Assembly (NCBI GenBank): GCA_041746255.1
Contig: JBGTHM010000053.1
Span: 32,001 to 96,000 of the forward strand
Source: Fibrobacteria bacterium
GTDB taxonomy: Bacteria > Fibrobacterota > Fibrobacteria > UBA11236
Length of the DNA stretch: 64,000 nt
Direction of reading: 5' to 3'
Part shown: in pieces, positions 1 through 9,207 of the stretch
Numbering within the stretch: the stretch's first letter is position 1
Layout of the letters: each line of letters begins with the position of its first letter
Notes under the pieces: generated by a model
What the model was told of the DNA's origin: nothing
Seen by the model: the letters and a program-made list of their open reading frames with translations, nothing else
Database searches by the model: none
Position numbers and translations under genes: made by a program

Positions 1-671
1 GAGGCGGCTCCGAGTTTCCGTATATGATCCCAAAACCCGGTACCCGGCTTTTCCCATTCGCGCTTGACGCGGTAAAACTCCTCGTCCGTGGTTCCCACCA
101 GCCTCCGGTCGAAGCGGATGCGGTAGATGTATTTGACGGCCAGGCCCCAGCGCATGGCATAATAGGGGTCGGTAAAGCCACGGCCGAAACTCAATATGAA
201 ATCGGAAAGCATGCCCACCCCGGGAACCGGGGTGATAACGGCTTTGCCTACCGTAACGCTATAGCGGATATCCTCGACTACGCTCAAGGCATAATCGTCG
301 AATTGCGCGCTTAAGGTGAAGGCATTGGAAAACGTCGCCCATTTATTGTCCACGGGTTCGATGCGCGCCAGCAAGGAATCCATGTCGTTGAGATGCTGGT
401 AATTGTCCGCTCCCCACCGGGCATAATCGATAAGGGTTCCGTTGATTCCCAGATAACCGGTGGTTTCCATCCGCAGCGGAGGGCCTCCCACCAAGCCCGC
501 TGGATTGATGAACAAGGCATGAGGACCTTGGACGGACGCAGTTCCTGTAAGGCCTTGGGCTTCGGCGCGAAGACCGCGGTAGGTAGGCCCCCTTTCAACT
601 GCCAGCGAAGGGTAAACCCCCAGCCCTAGCACACCGATGAGCAATAACCGGAAGTAAGCCGCGGTTACCAT
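1..671 (-). CDS. Outer-membrane beta-barrel protein, TraF_2/PorV/FadL-like; runs off the left edge of the window
   Basis: Manual translation from ATG 671, which overlaps the upstream stop: MVTAAYFRLLLIGVLGLGVYPSLA signal peptide, then YRGLRAEAQGLTGTASVQGPHALFINPAGL, the N-terminal motif of this barrel class. Open to position 1. Not in the supplied ORF track. Confidence 0.7.
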   Translation of the reverse strand, partial: MVTAAYFRLLLIGVLGLGVYPSLAVERGPTYRGLRAEAQGLTGTASVQGPHALFINPAGLVGGPPLRMETTGYLGINGTLIDYARWGADNYQHLNDMDSLLARIEPVDNKWATFSNAFTLSAQFDDYALSVVEDIRYSVTVGKAVITPVPGVGMLSDFILSFGRGFTDPYYAMRWGLAVKYIYRIRFDRRLVGTTDEEFYRVKREWEKPGTGFWDHIRKLGAA

Positions 672-2611
672 TTCACATCCTCATCGACCCAGCCGTCACC
701 GTCGTTGTCCACTCCATCCAGGTATTCTTCATCGACACCCAACACTCCCCCAGACCATTCGGAATGCGGGGGCCGAGGCGCAATCCAGATATGCTTGTAG
801 GTGCAAGCCGTATTTTTCTCGATTTGGGTATAATTCTCGGCCGCCAGAAATTCGGGGTCGAGTTTTTCAATGTCATCCAGACAATCCGCATCGGAAATCT
901 GATCAGGAAAGGGAGAGTAAAGTTTGGGAAGGGAGTCGCTAGCGGTGCGGGCTAGATGCAAGCGATTTTCCAAGCTCCCGAGGCATCCTCGTCGGGGGTT
1001 GCCCGGAATCATCGCAATCGTCGTGTCGATATCCGGGCATTGATTGACGTGGGTGGAAACGTCCTTCCATTGCATGGGAATGATTTCTTGTCCCAGGTGC
1101 TCCAAATCTATGGCTGAATCGTCGTCATCGTCCATGCCTACCGCATTGCGGGTATCTTCATCCCGAAGTCCGTCCAGGTCATTATCCCTGCGGTCGAGCA
1201 TTTCTTCGTCAATTCCGAAGGTTCCGGAAAGCCAATCGCTGCGTGGGGAAGGTCTGACTTCGGGGCGTAACACGCTGGTTATTTCGGGGCAAGTATTTGC
1301 AGAGAGGGAATCGAGCAAAGCCGAGGTTACATTCCCTTCCTGGGGAATGGCGCTCACTAGCTCACGACAGTAACGAATCATCAATTCCATGCGGGAATTC
1401 TCGGATGAATCCGCGGCCAGTTGCGGGTATCGGGCCCGGAATTGCTGGTGGGAAACGTATAGATCCGGATTGAAGTAACGGTGTAGGGGGTGCCCGATGT
1501 CGCCGGCCGTTTCCGGATAACCCTCATAAGTTCGGTCATAATCGAAGCGAATGCGCCCGTCGCGGTTATAGTCGTGCCAAACCATGATGTCTCCCTTGAC
1601 GCTGGGCCCGACGCTTTGGCGGTCGAAATCGTTGTCCAGACTGTCGTTGTGGCGCATGTAGGCCAGGAAATTATTGAGGTCCTTGATGCTGCCTACGATT
1701 CCGCCAATCTGGCTCTGGAGCTTTTCTTCGTTATGGGAGGCGAGCGCGTTGTTTACCGAATCGAGGTTGTTGTTTGAACCGGCCATCGGACCGGCCATGG
1801 CGTCCAAGAAGCCATTGATGTCGTTGGGGTTGGTGGATACATATCTTGCCTCCAGGTCATTGCTGTTGATATTGTCGATGTCCAAATTCTGCGTGAGCTG
1901 CTTAAAGGTTTGAAAGCGCTTTACCTCGCTCAACGGCCCTGTTTTGCAGGTCGCCTTGTAAACATCGGTGCGCAAACAGTCCGGAGCCAGCGTGGGACAG
2001 ATATTTCTTCCACAAGTCGAATCCACGCGGCCGTTACCGTCCATGTCCAGGGGAGCCAACATGGCTTTGACCGCCTGCAGCAGTCCTAGATCGAGGCGCG
2101 CCACACCCTCCGACACCTTGCCGTCGCTGGCAGTATCGCCGTTGGGGAGCAGGAATTGCTTTTTATCTTGTGACAAGAAAAGCGTGTCTTTGGAGTGGCG
2201 GAGAATTTGTTCCAAATCGGCTACCGCCGAGTAAACTGGAAAATAAACGCTATCTATGCCCGACAAGGTCGTGGTCGAGTCGAGGAAAGGAATTCCCTTT
2301 TGTTGCCCCGCTTTTTTGGAATTGAATTCATTATTGAAGCTGGTGAAGTCGTGTCCGTAGTCTGCCATGATGGCCTTGGCATGGAAAAGGTGGGCTTCGG
2401 AACCGGCGGGATATTTCGCTTTGGCCCGTTGGAAAAACTCGCGCGCACGCGAATAATCGCCTTTGTTTACGGCCTGTTTCCCCTCTTCCAACAGGATTTC
2501 GTAGCTGGCGTCTTTGGAGTTATCCGAGGTCAATGGGGAAAAAAGATTGCATCCCCATAAAACCAAGCTGGCGGCGAAAGCCAATCCCATAAACCGGTGG
2601 AGCTGATTCAT
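665..2611 (-). CDS. Lipoprotein with N-terminal TPR and acidic DxDxDG Ca-binding-like repeats
   Basis: Lipobox LVLWGC; TPR-like LLEEGKQAVNKGDYSRAREFFQRA; two GxDEExLDxxDNDxDGxxDED repeats; several Cys pairs. Start 2611 preferred over TTG 2635. Confidence 0.75.
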   Translation of the reverse strand: MNQLHRFMGLAFAASLVLWGCNLFSPLTSDNSKDASYEILLEEGKQAVNKGDYSRAREFFQRAKAKYPAGSEAHLFHAKAIMADYGHDFTSFNNEFNSKKAGQQKGIPFLDSTTTLSGIDSVYFPVYSAVADLEQILRHSKDTLFLSQDKKQFLLPNGDTASDGKVSEGVARLDLGLLQAVKAMLAPLDMDGNGRVDSTCGRNICPTLAPDCLRTDVYKATCKTGPLSEVKRFQTFKQLTQNLDIDNINSNDLEARYVSTNPNDINGFLDAMAGPMAGSNNNLDSVNNALASHNEEKLQSQIGGIVGSIKDLNNFLAYMRHNDSLDNDFDRQSVGPSVKGDIMVWHDYNRDGRIRFDYDRTYEGYPETAGDIGHPLHRYFNPDLYVSHQQFRARYPQLAADSSENSRMELMIRYCRELVSAIPQEGNVTSALLDSLSANTCPEITSVLRPEVRPSPRSDWLSGTFGIDEEMLDRRDNDLDGLRDEDTRNAVGMDDDDDSAIDLEHLGQEIIPMQWKDVSTHVNQCPDIDTTIAMIPGNPRRGCLGSLENRLHLARTASDSLPKLYSPFPDQISDADCLDDIEKLDPEFLAAENYTQIEKNTACTYKHIWIAPRPPHSEWSGGVLGVDEEYLDGVDNDGDGWVDEDVKW

Positions 2612-2767
2612 TATCCGTCCTAGGGTGAAAGACAAATGCCTACCGATAACCTGCGAAACCTATATAATATGCCGACATTAGAGAACGTAGGGCCGAAAAG
2701 ATTGTTTTTTTCCACCGGTTTCACCGGTCTTGCCGGAACCCGGGGGCCATATGGTATGATTAGCCAT

Positions 2768-2986
2768 ATGCTTGAATGGATGCTTTACGGATTTCTGGGA
2801 GGGTTTCTCCTTTTTCTTCTGGGAATGTCGATTTTCATGTACCATGAGAATCGGAAATTCGAAGATAATCAACACATGGTGAAGTTGCTTCCCCCGCCAT
2901 TGCCTGCCCGCGCCGAACGCAAACAGGTGAACATCGAGGAAGATTTGGTGCTGGTATCCGAAGTCATCCCTGGCCGGTTTCCCTGA
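2768..2986 (+). CDS. Small single-pass membrane protein, hypothetical
   Basis: MLEWMLYGFLGGFLLFLLGMSIFMY hydrophobic helix followed by a soluble tail; start uncertain. Confidence 0.5.
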   Translation: MLEWMLYGFLGGFLLFLLGMSIFMYHENRKFEDNQHMVKLLPPPLPARAERKQVNIEEDLVLVSEVIPGRFP

Positions 2987-4550
2987 GATAATCGTTTTCG
3001 GCCCTGCGGTATTTTTCCATCAGGGCGGACAGGGCGATATGCGCTGCACGGTCCGGTTCCACCGTGGCCGAATCCAGACCTAGAAAAGGGCTAACCAGGG
3101 TTTCCCAAGCGAGCGTTCTCCCCTGGGCTGTAGCTTCGAAGTGAACGGCACGCAAGGCCGCTCCCAGCGCCGCGGCATTAGCCGTTTCCTGGCGGGCGAC
3201 GGGGACCCCGAAGGTATCGGCCATCACTCGCAGAATCGAAGGGTTGGTTGACGCTCCTCCGGTTACGTAGATGCGGCTGGGCTTTTCCCCCATCCATTCG
3301 CTGTGAAGGCGCATGCTTAGCATTTGCGCCTCCACTACTGCGCGTACCTCGGTAGCTTTGTCTTCCTCGGTATATCCGAAGCGGCGCACCTCCGGCTTGC
3401 TGACCCGCGGGATGATTTCGGTATCGAAATAGGGAAGCATGAAGCATCCTTTGTTTCCCGGCTCGCCGCTATCGAGCAAGTCGGAGAATTGTCGCCAGTC
3501 CAGGCCGCATCGCTTGCGCACTGCCTCGCGCGCCAAACTGCCGTTTTTATACACCGAAATGGCCATATAATCGCCGGTGGGGCTGCCAAAAACATGGGAT
3601 TGCCCCATAGGATCGGTTTTCACCTGTGACAGAAAAGCGAAGAGGGTATCGCTGGTGCCCAGGGAGATGCCGATACGGCCGGGCCCAACGAGGCCGAGTC
3701 CCACCAGGCTGCACGGGTTATCCCCACTTCCGGGTAGAATTTGGCATCCGGCGTTCAAGCCGAAGCGTTTGACGAAGTAATCGGAAACCGGTCCCGCCGT
3801 GGCTTCGGGCGAAGTGATGGGAAGCAGCTTTTGGCCTAAATCCGGCGCGGTGGCCTGAAGGGCCTTTTCGCTCCATTTGCGCGCAGTGATGTCCATTAAG
3901 TTCATGCCGGCGCCGTCACCGGTGTCGATGGGCACGATATGTCCGGCCAACAGACTGGGTAAGAAGCTGGAAACCAGGCATATGTGGCGGGTCTGGGAAT
4001 AATTTGCAGGCTCGCTTTTGAAAAACTTCCGGATTTGCGGGCCGGTGAATCTTTCATAGGCCCGGGAGCCGGTCAAAGCGCAAAGGGCATCGTCTCCCCC
4101 TAAGGCGGCGGTGATTTCGCGGCACTCCTCCGAGGTGGTGGCATCCATCCAAATCGGAGAAGTGGCCCGACTGTAGATACCCTCGATTTGCGCAGCCAAG
4201 CGCTTGGCCGGATCGAGAGCGAGCAGCGCCGCCTCGGCGGATGCATTGAGATAGACCGATCCATGCTGTTGCCCCGAAGTTCCAATGGCAACCACGTCTC
4301 CCAACGGCAATTTTTTGGCATGCAGGGACGCGAAAATTTTTTCCAAGGCCTTGACCCAAAGTTGCGGCGGAGTGTGGGCTTCGCCAGGAGCCCCCGGTAA
4401 TACCCCGTTACGGGTTCCGAATTCCGGAAGCTCCTGGTCGAAATTAAGGCTTTCCTCATGTAAAATCCGCACCCCTTCACCGCTCTTTTCCAGCAGGACG
4501 GCAGTAAGGCTTTGAGTGGAACAGTCGAGTCCGAGGTACTTATTTGGCAT
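2964..4550 (-). CDS. xylB: Xylulokinase (FGGY family), eukaryotic-type subfamily
   Basis: LGLDCSTQS, GQQHGSVY, PIWMD, TGSRAYERFTGPQIRK, DGAGMNL, GDNP, SLGTSDT, KNGSLARE and TGGAS motifs. Confidence 0.85.
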   Translation of the reverse strand: MPNKYLGLDCSTQSLTAVLLEKSGEGVRILHEESLNFDQELPEFGTRNGVLPGAPGEAHTPPQLWVKALEKIFASLHAKKLPLGDVVAIGTSGQQHGSVYLNASAEAALLALDPAKRLAAQIEGIYSRATSPIWMDATTSEECREITAALGGDDALCALTGSRAYERFTGPQIRKFFKSEPANYSQTRHICLVSSFLPSLLAGHIVPIDTGDGAGMNLMDITARKWSEKALQATAPDLGQKLLPITSPEATAGPVSDYFVKRFGLNAGCQILPGSGDNPCSLVGLGLVGPGRIGISLGTSDTLFAFLSQVKTDPMGQSHVFGSPTGDYMAISVYKNGSLAREAVRKRCGLDWRQFSDLLDSGEPGNKGCFMLPYFDTEIIPRVSKPEVRRFGYTEEDKATEVRAVVEAQMLSMRLHSEWMGEKPSRIYVTGGASTNPSILRVMADTFGVPVARQETANAAALGAALRAVHFEATAQGRTLAWETLVSPFLGLDSATVEPDRAAHIALSALMEKYRRAENDYLRETGQG

Positions 4551-4663
4551 GGGGGGAAATATAATTCCTGACCCCCTGAGCGAAAAGCATAGCCGACTTG
4601 GAGCGGGCCTGCGGCGGGTGTCTTGGCATGAATCCGCCGGTAATGTAAATTATCCGCCACCGA

Positions 4664-4740
4664 GGTGGACGTAGCTCAGTTGGTAGAGCAGTGGTTTGTG
4701 GTACCACTGGTCGCGGGTTCAAGTCCCGTCGTTCACCCCA
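4664..4740 (+). tRNA. tRNA-His (GTG)
   Basis: G-1; acceptor stem GTGGACG/CGTTCAC; D-arm AGCTCAGTTGGTAGAGC; anticodon stem GTGGT/ACCAC with loop TTGTGGT; GGTTCAAGTCC T-arm; discriminator C and encoded CCA. Confidence 0.97.
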
Positions 4741-5375
4741 CCAAGCCCGAACCGCAATCCCATGATCGTTCCCAGGGGCGCCGCGAACAGAACGCTCATC
4801 CCACCGGTAACCGGCGCCAGCACCAGCCCTGTTCCGAAGCCCACGGCCGTTCCGGTATGTGCCAGGGAGAAATGGGACATACCGGTTTCGAAGGCCATTC
4901 CATGGCGTCGGCTGAATCGAAACTCGATTTCGACATCACCAGTGGATAAGAAAATTCCCCCCCAGACCTTTTGGGTTCCGGATTTTTCGTACATGAGTTC
5001 TTGGAATTCTAGTTTTGTAACATATTGAAGGTCTTCATAAGGCGCGTCCGTAATAATTGTTATGTCTTTTTCACATACACATTTGGAAGAGATCGAGGCG
5101 GAGTTTTGTACCACTTGGATCAATTCATTTTCCAGATAGGTGGAATAGGAAGCATCGGAACTGCAGTGCACGGTCGCTATAAAGCTGATTTTTGATCCGG
5201 ATTCAGCCTGCTCAAGTTGGAAGGTAGGTGTTGTACTTACTTTAGCTACCAATTGATCGGATTTGCAGCTGCTGAAACTAAACTCACCTTTGAGATCTTT
5301 GCTTGTTATTGGGCCGTTGGCATTGCACGAGATTATTAAAGGCAAGCCAATTGCAATTATGAAAAAAAACCTCAT
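4719..5375 (-). CDS. Hypothetical lipoprotein, probably chimeric or truncated
   Basis: AAGGAG SD, MRFFFIIAIGLPLIISC lipobox. AT-rich 5' part, GC-rich 3' part. The stop codon lies inside the antisense strand of the tRNA T-loop. Confidence 0.5.
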   Translation of the reverse strand: MRFFFIIAIGLPLIISCNANGPITSKDLKGEFSFSSCKSDQLVAKVSTTPTFQLEQAESGSKISFIATVHCSSDASYSTYLENELIQVVQNSASISSKCVCEKDITIITDAPYEDLQYVTKLEFQELMYEKSGTQKVWGGIFLSTGDVEIEFRFSRRHGMAFETGMSHFSLAHTGTAVGFGTGLVLAPVTGGMSVLFAAPLGTIMGLRFGLGGVNDGT

Positions 5376-5458
5376 TTTTATTCTCCTTCTTACGCAATGA
5401 CCGCCAAGCGAGTGAAACCCCCTCGACTTTCGCGCCACCCATCTTCATTTTCAAGTTT

Positions 5459-5524
5459 TGGAACAAAAACAGGTACTTTTTTGTTCCATTTTTTTGCAAC
5501 AAAAATAGCCTATTATTTGTTTCG
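5459..5524 (+). promoter_or_regulatory. Two tandem inverted repeats, probable antitoxin autoregulatory operators
   Basis: TGGAACAAAAA-N8-TTTTTGTTCCA (5459-5488) and TGCAACAAAAA-N8-TATTTGTTTCG (5495-5524), immediately before the DUF6088 ATG. Confidence 0.65.
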
Positions 5525-5526
5525 AA

Positions 5527-5997
5527 ATGGGCAAGCATGTTCAATCGGTGGATCACCAGGTCCAAAAACGTATTGAGGACAATCCAGCCGGATGGGTTTT
5601 CACGCCGGCGGACTTCTACGACTTGGGATCGCGACAGGCAGTTGCCTCCGCCTATGCCGCCAACCTGCTGGGGCTTTCCGAGCAGGTGCCGGCCAAAATC
5701 ATCAATCTGACGGACGGCAAAACCCGGACCATCAAAGCGGGTCCCATGCGAATCCTATTGAAGCGGACCACCCCGCGCAATATGGCCGTTGCAAGAAAGT
5801 TGAGCGGCCTGCTCATCCAAGCCTTCCGGAACCTGGGCCAGAACCATGTCGAAGCCCACCATATCGAGCGCTTGAGGAAAAATCTGCCGGCCGAAGAACG
5901 ACAAAAAATCGTAGAAGATCTCACATACGCTCCCATCTGGATGCACAAACATTTCCGGGAGGTGGCTCTAAGCCATGAACCGGACGCCAGGATCTGA
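5527..5997 (+). pseudogene. DUF6088/AbiEi-like type IV antitoxin with apparent in-frame internal deletion
   Basis: GWVFTPADFYDLGSRQAV is joined directly to AYAANLLGLSEQVPAK..LTDG. The intervening wHTH segment usual in this family (L.RL...G.I.R..RG.Y) is missing. Confidence 0.7.
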
Positions 5998-6097
5998 ATC
6001 GACCTCGGCATTCCTGTCCCTTACCGACGAGGATAGGCGCGACGCGTTTTCCGATGCCGCCCTGGACAAGGTGAGAGCCTCGACTCGCGCGGCGTGA
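5975..6097 (+). pseudogene. N-terminal remnant of an AbiEii-type nucleotidyltransferase toxin
   Basis: 40-aa ORF MNRTPGSESTSAFLSLTDEDRRDAFSDAA.. overlapping the antitoxin 3' end; resembles the FL.L..E.R...F..AA start of DUF6088-associated toxins. Confidence 0.5.
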
Positions 6098-6100
6098 GCG

Positions 6101-7177
6101 CTAATTCCGCAGTTTATATGTCCGGTTGTCCTGTGGCGACGTTATCCGGAGAATGGTAATTCCCGGTGATAAAGATTCAGTCATAAGCTCCATCGGGCCT
6201 CGGATGTTTTCATACGTGGCGATCTTCCGCCCGGTAAGATCGCTGGTTTCCAAGCGAGCCGGGTAGTTCCCAGGTGTTATCCGGTAATGGTTGCCGCGGC
6301 GTGTTACGCCTGTACCCATACTTCCCGAATGCAACAGGCTTGATGGACGAGTGGTAACTTCAGCTTCTTCGTAGGCTGATGCAATGCGCATCTCATCAAA
6401 GTAGGTGCTGACCGCATAAGCGCAAGATTCGGTATTATAGGACCCCCATCTAGCGTCGCAATTGGTGGCGTCCCAGGTTTTATGCCACGCTCGCGTATTA
6501 TTATCGGACAAATTCACTTTGTACTTTTGAAATTCCATGTTCGTTAAGGTTTGCTTGGTTCCGTTATACCAAAACTCCACAAAACCAACCTTGTCGTCCC
6601 GCGACACCTTCACGCGAATAAGCAATGTCATCCAGGTGTCCTCGGGAATTTCTTTTCTCCATATCGTGGTTCTTCTGGTCGTAGGCGAACTGGTGGACCA
6701 ATGAGATCCTCCCGATCCGTAACAATTAAGCCTCAGATATTTTCCGTCATATCCCATGCCGAACGGATAATTTTGCGTGGAGGGATATTGATTATTGCCC
6801 GTGCTGCTCTTCCATTGAAAGACCGCTATGTTATTCTTTACCGCGGGTGAAGAGGTTATTTTCCAACGCCAGCCCAAGTAGTATTCTTTGCCTTCTTGAA
6901 ATGTGAGTCCTTTCGTGCCTCCAAATTCCCCTCTTTTCCTTTTTTGGGGTTTAAGAAGTTTCCAAACCTTACCATGGGTTTCATCGATCGGGTTTGAAAT
7001 CACCGGTAGATTGCCTGAGTTGGCTGAGCATCCCGACCCTGAGCCTCCGTCACCAATATGGTTAAAAGCAGCGGTGTGTGGTTTCTCGGGATCCGCATAC
7101 CAAAGTACTTCCGCCTGTGCGTTATGAAATGAAAAAAGCACAAGCAGCGGCCCAAGTCCTGATGATAGAATTTTCAT
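6101..7177 (-). CDS. Secreted polysaccharide lyase-like (jelly-roll) protein with T9SS-like CTD
   Basis: Signal peptide; KRGEF, YYLGWRW, VFQWKS, GFVEFWYNG, RWGSYN and YFDEMRIA pattern; C-terminal DLTGRKI..LSPGITILRI. Confidence 0.7.
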   Translation of the reverse strand: MKILSSGLGPLLVLFSFHNAQAEVLWYADPEKPHTAAFNHIGDGGSGSGCSANSGNLPVISNPIDETHGKVWKLLKPQKRKRGEFGGTKGLTFQEGKEYYLGWRWKITSSPAVKNNIAVFQWKSSTGNNQYPSTQNYPFGMGYDGKYLRLNCYGSGGSHWSTSSPTTRRTTIWRKEIPEDTWMTLLIRVKVSRDDKVGFVEFWYNGTKQTLTNMEFQKYKVNLSDNNTRAWHKTWDATNCDARWGSYNTESCAYAVSTYFDEMRIASAYEEAEVTTRPSSLLHSGSMGTGVTRRGNHYRITPGNYPARLETSDLTGRKIATYENIRGPMELMTESLSPGITILRITSPQDNRTYKLRN

Positions 7178-7248
7178 GATTATTTCCTCTTCATGAAGGA
7201 ACGGATGGTTTCTGATAGAAGCATCTATGTTACCTCGGCCGAAGCGGA

Positions 7249-9015
7249 TCAACGCCCTATGAAAATAGGATTTGATAAATTTTGGATGTCGCTGGTAAAT
7301 TTCAAGATATAGATGCCGGTTTTGACTTGAGGAACAGCGAATTTAAAATCCGATTGGTTGGAGAGGTCTTGCACAAATACGTTCTTCCCATTCAAATCGG
7401 CCAGCGCCAAGGTTCCGTCGACTTGCTGACTGAAAACGATATTGAAATCAGGCCCATTTTGGACGACTCTCATCCCGGTTACGGATCTCCGATGCGAATC
7501 AGACAAGGAGACGACCTCATCCCGATCGGAAATCGCATTCAGGGTATACCGGAACTCCCCCGTAAAAGGAGGTTTTCCCGTCGCCGATACGAAGTCCTTG
7601 TGGAAGCGCACCCCAACTACTTTTCCCTTTGTGAGCCCCTGGATTTGGAGTCGGATTTGTTTGCCGGACGGGTCCGCCGTTACTTGGGTGACTTTCAACT
7701 TTCCCACACCTTGGGCGGGGCCGCCATACGCTTTGGTGGGAACATAATGCCAATGGGTCACCTCAAAATTATCAGGAGTAAGCGAGGTCGAAGACACGGG
7801 TTCGGTAAAATTGAGCATGAACCCGTCACGCAAGGAATTCACCGAATGGACTTCGAAAGCCGGATCTTCCGTATAGGTCACCGCCTGAATGCCGTATTCC
7901 TTGCCATTCCACATCCAGGTCCCGCCACCCCCTTTGGCTCCAATTCCGCCCAGGTAAAGCGTTCCGGTTTCATCCTGGAGGATACGGTGGATACCCGCGG
8001 ACTGGCCGGCGGAAAAATTGAAATGCGCTCCTTGATATTCCCCGGCTACTTTTTCGACGTAGACGCGATGGATGTTTCCGTAGAATACATCCCCGATGAT
8101 AAATTGCCCTTGATAGGGTCCATGGGACATCAGCAACGGTTGGGTGGGAGATTTGCTCGTACTGCCGAAGGGTATGTGAACCGCCGGAGGAGTTTCTTTC
8201 TCTTTGCCGTTTTCCTGGTATTGCTGGCCGTAAAACGCGCCGGCTTTAAGGTGAATGAGTTTACTACTGGGACTCCAGGCGCCTTGATTTGTGGTACACC
8301 AAAGCTCTCCCTCAGGGCCCCAGGCAAGGCCGTCCGGGCTGCGCAAACCCGTCGCGAAGAAATCCTTTGCGCCTGTAGCCGCATTGACCTTGAAAATTGC
8401 TGATTCGGAGCGGAGCGGGGGATATTGAAATCCAGCCCCACTTGCCGTAAAACCCGTGCCGGTATAGAGATAGCCGTCTTTGTACTTTAAGTCGTAAACA
8501 AACGTATTGGGATGCATTCTATCCGGATTCTGCTTCCATCGCGAGAATTCGAAAGTGGTCAGCACTTTATGCGATTCGGCCACATCATCCTTATTCGCGT
8601 CCGTCAATTCAGTAATAGCATGCTTATGGGCGACGTAAACCCTTTCGTTTACGCGCTTGATACCCAGCGGTTCAGGTATGCCTTGGTCATAATATTTTTT
8701 ATAAGTGACTTTGGTCTTATCGCGGGTCTTCACGCCTTCCAATAACCACACCGAACCCTCGTTACGATCCCAATGGGCGAATATAATGGTATTGGCGTCA
8801 TACCAGTCCCAGGCGCCGATTCTAAACTTGAAATTATCGGGCATGAGATCATGGAACTTCAGACTGGGGTGGACCGCTTTGAGTTCACCGGTATTTTCCG
8901 CCGAGACCCAGGGTTTTTGGGCCATACTTGCATTTGCCATCATAAATATTGCGGATAGAATCGACAAAATATTCAGCCCGGATTTCGAATCGTGCAGGTT
9001 ATCCGCTATTTTCAT
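7249..9015 (-). CDS. Secreted beta-propeller (sorbosone dehydrogenase-like) protein with Ig-like domain and T9SS-like CTD
   Basis: FATGLRSPDGLAWGPEGELWCTTNQGAW, SPTQP, GPYQGQFIIGD; LNFTEPV..PDNF Ig-like segment; DLNGK..KTGIYILKF tail. AGGAAG SD before ATG 9015. Confidence 0.7.
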   Translation of the reverse strand: MKIADNLHDSKSGLNILSILSAIFMMANASMAQKPWVSAENTGELKAVHPSLKFHDLMPDNFKFRIGAWDWYDANTIIFAHWDRNEGSVWLLEGVKTRDKTKVTYKKYYDQGIPEPLGIKRVNERVYVAHKHAITELTDANKDDVAESHKVLTTFEFSRWKQNPDRMHPNTFVYDLKYKDGYLYTGTGFTASGAGFQYPPLRSESAIFKVNAATGAKDFFATGLRSPDGLAWGPEGELWCTTNQGAWSPSSKLIHLKAGAFYGQQYQENGKEKETPPAVHIPFGSTSKSPTQPLLMSHGPYQGQFIIGDVFYGNIHRVYVEKVAGEYQGAHFNFSAGQSAGIHRILQDETGTLYLGGIGAKGGGGTWMWNGKEYGIQAVTYTEDPAFEVHSVNSLRDGFMLNFTEPVSSTSLTPDNFEVTHWHYVPTKAYGGPAQGVGKLKVTQVTADPSGKQIRLQIQGLTKGKVVGVRFHKDFVSATGKPPFTGEFRYTLNAISDRDEVVSLSDSHRRSVTGMRVVQNGPDFNIVFSQQVDGTLALADLNGKNVFVQDLSNQSDFKFAVPQVKTGIYILKFTSDIQNLSNPIFIGR

Positions 9016-9129
9016 TGCTACTTCCTGTAATTCAAAATTCAAAAGGGTAAGGGGCAGCCAGCCACAACCAGGGAATAACGCGCATCCTATATCAATACTA
9101 GCGGGTATCAGCCGATCCGGCTTGAAGCG

Positions 9130-9169
9130 GGGGAAAAGAATGTTCCCAATCCGGAACATTCTTTTCCCC
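9130..9169. repeat. Perfect 17-bp inverted repeat with 6-nt loop
   Basis: GGGGAAAAGAATGTTCC-CAATCC-GGAACATTCTTTTCCCC in an intergenic region; extends imperfectly to about 9122-9178. Confidence 0.85.
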
Positions 9170-9207
9170 GCCTCCAATCGGCTTACCTAACCGGAACATC
9201 TAGAGCT

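Noticed and set aside
7282..8403. 373-aa plus-strand ORF
   Set aside because: Antisense shadow of the beta-propeller gene.
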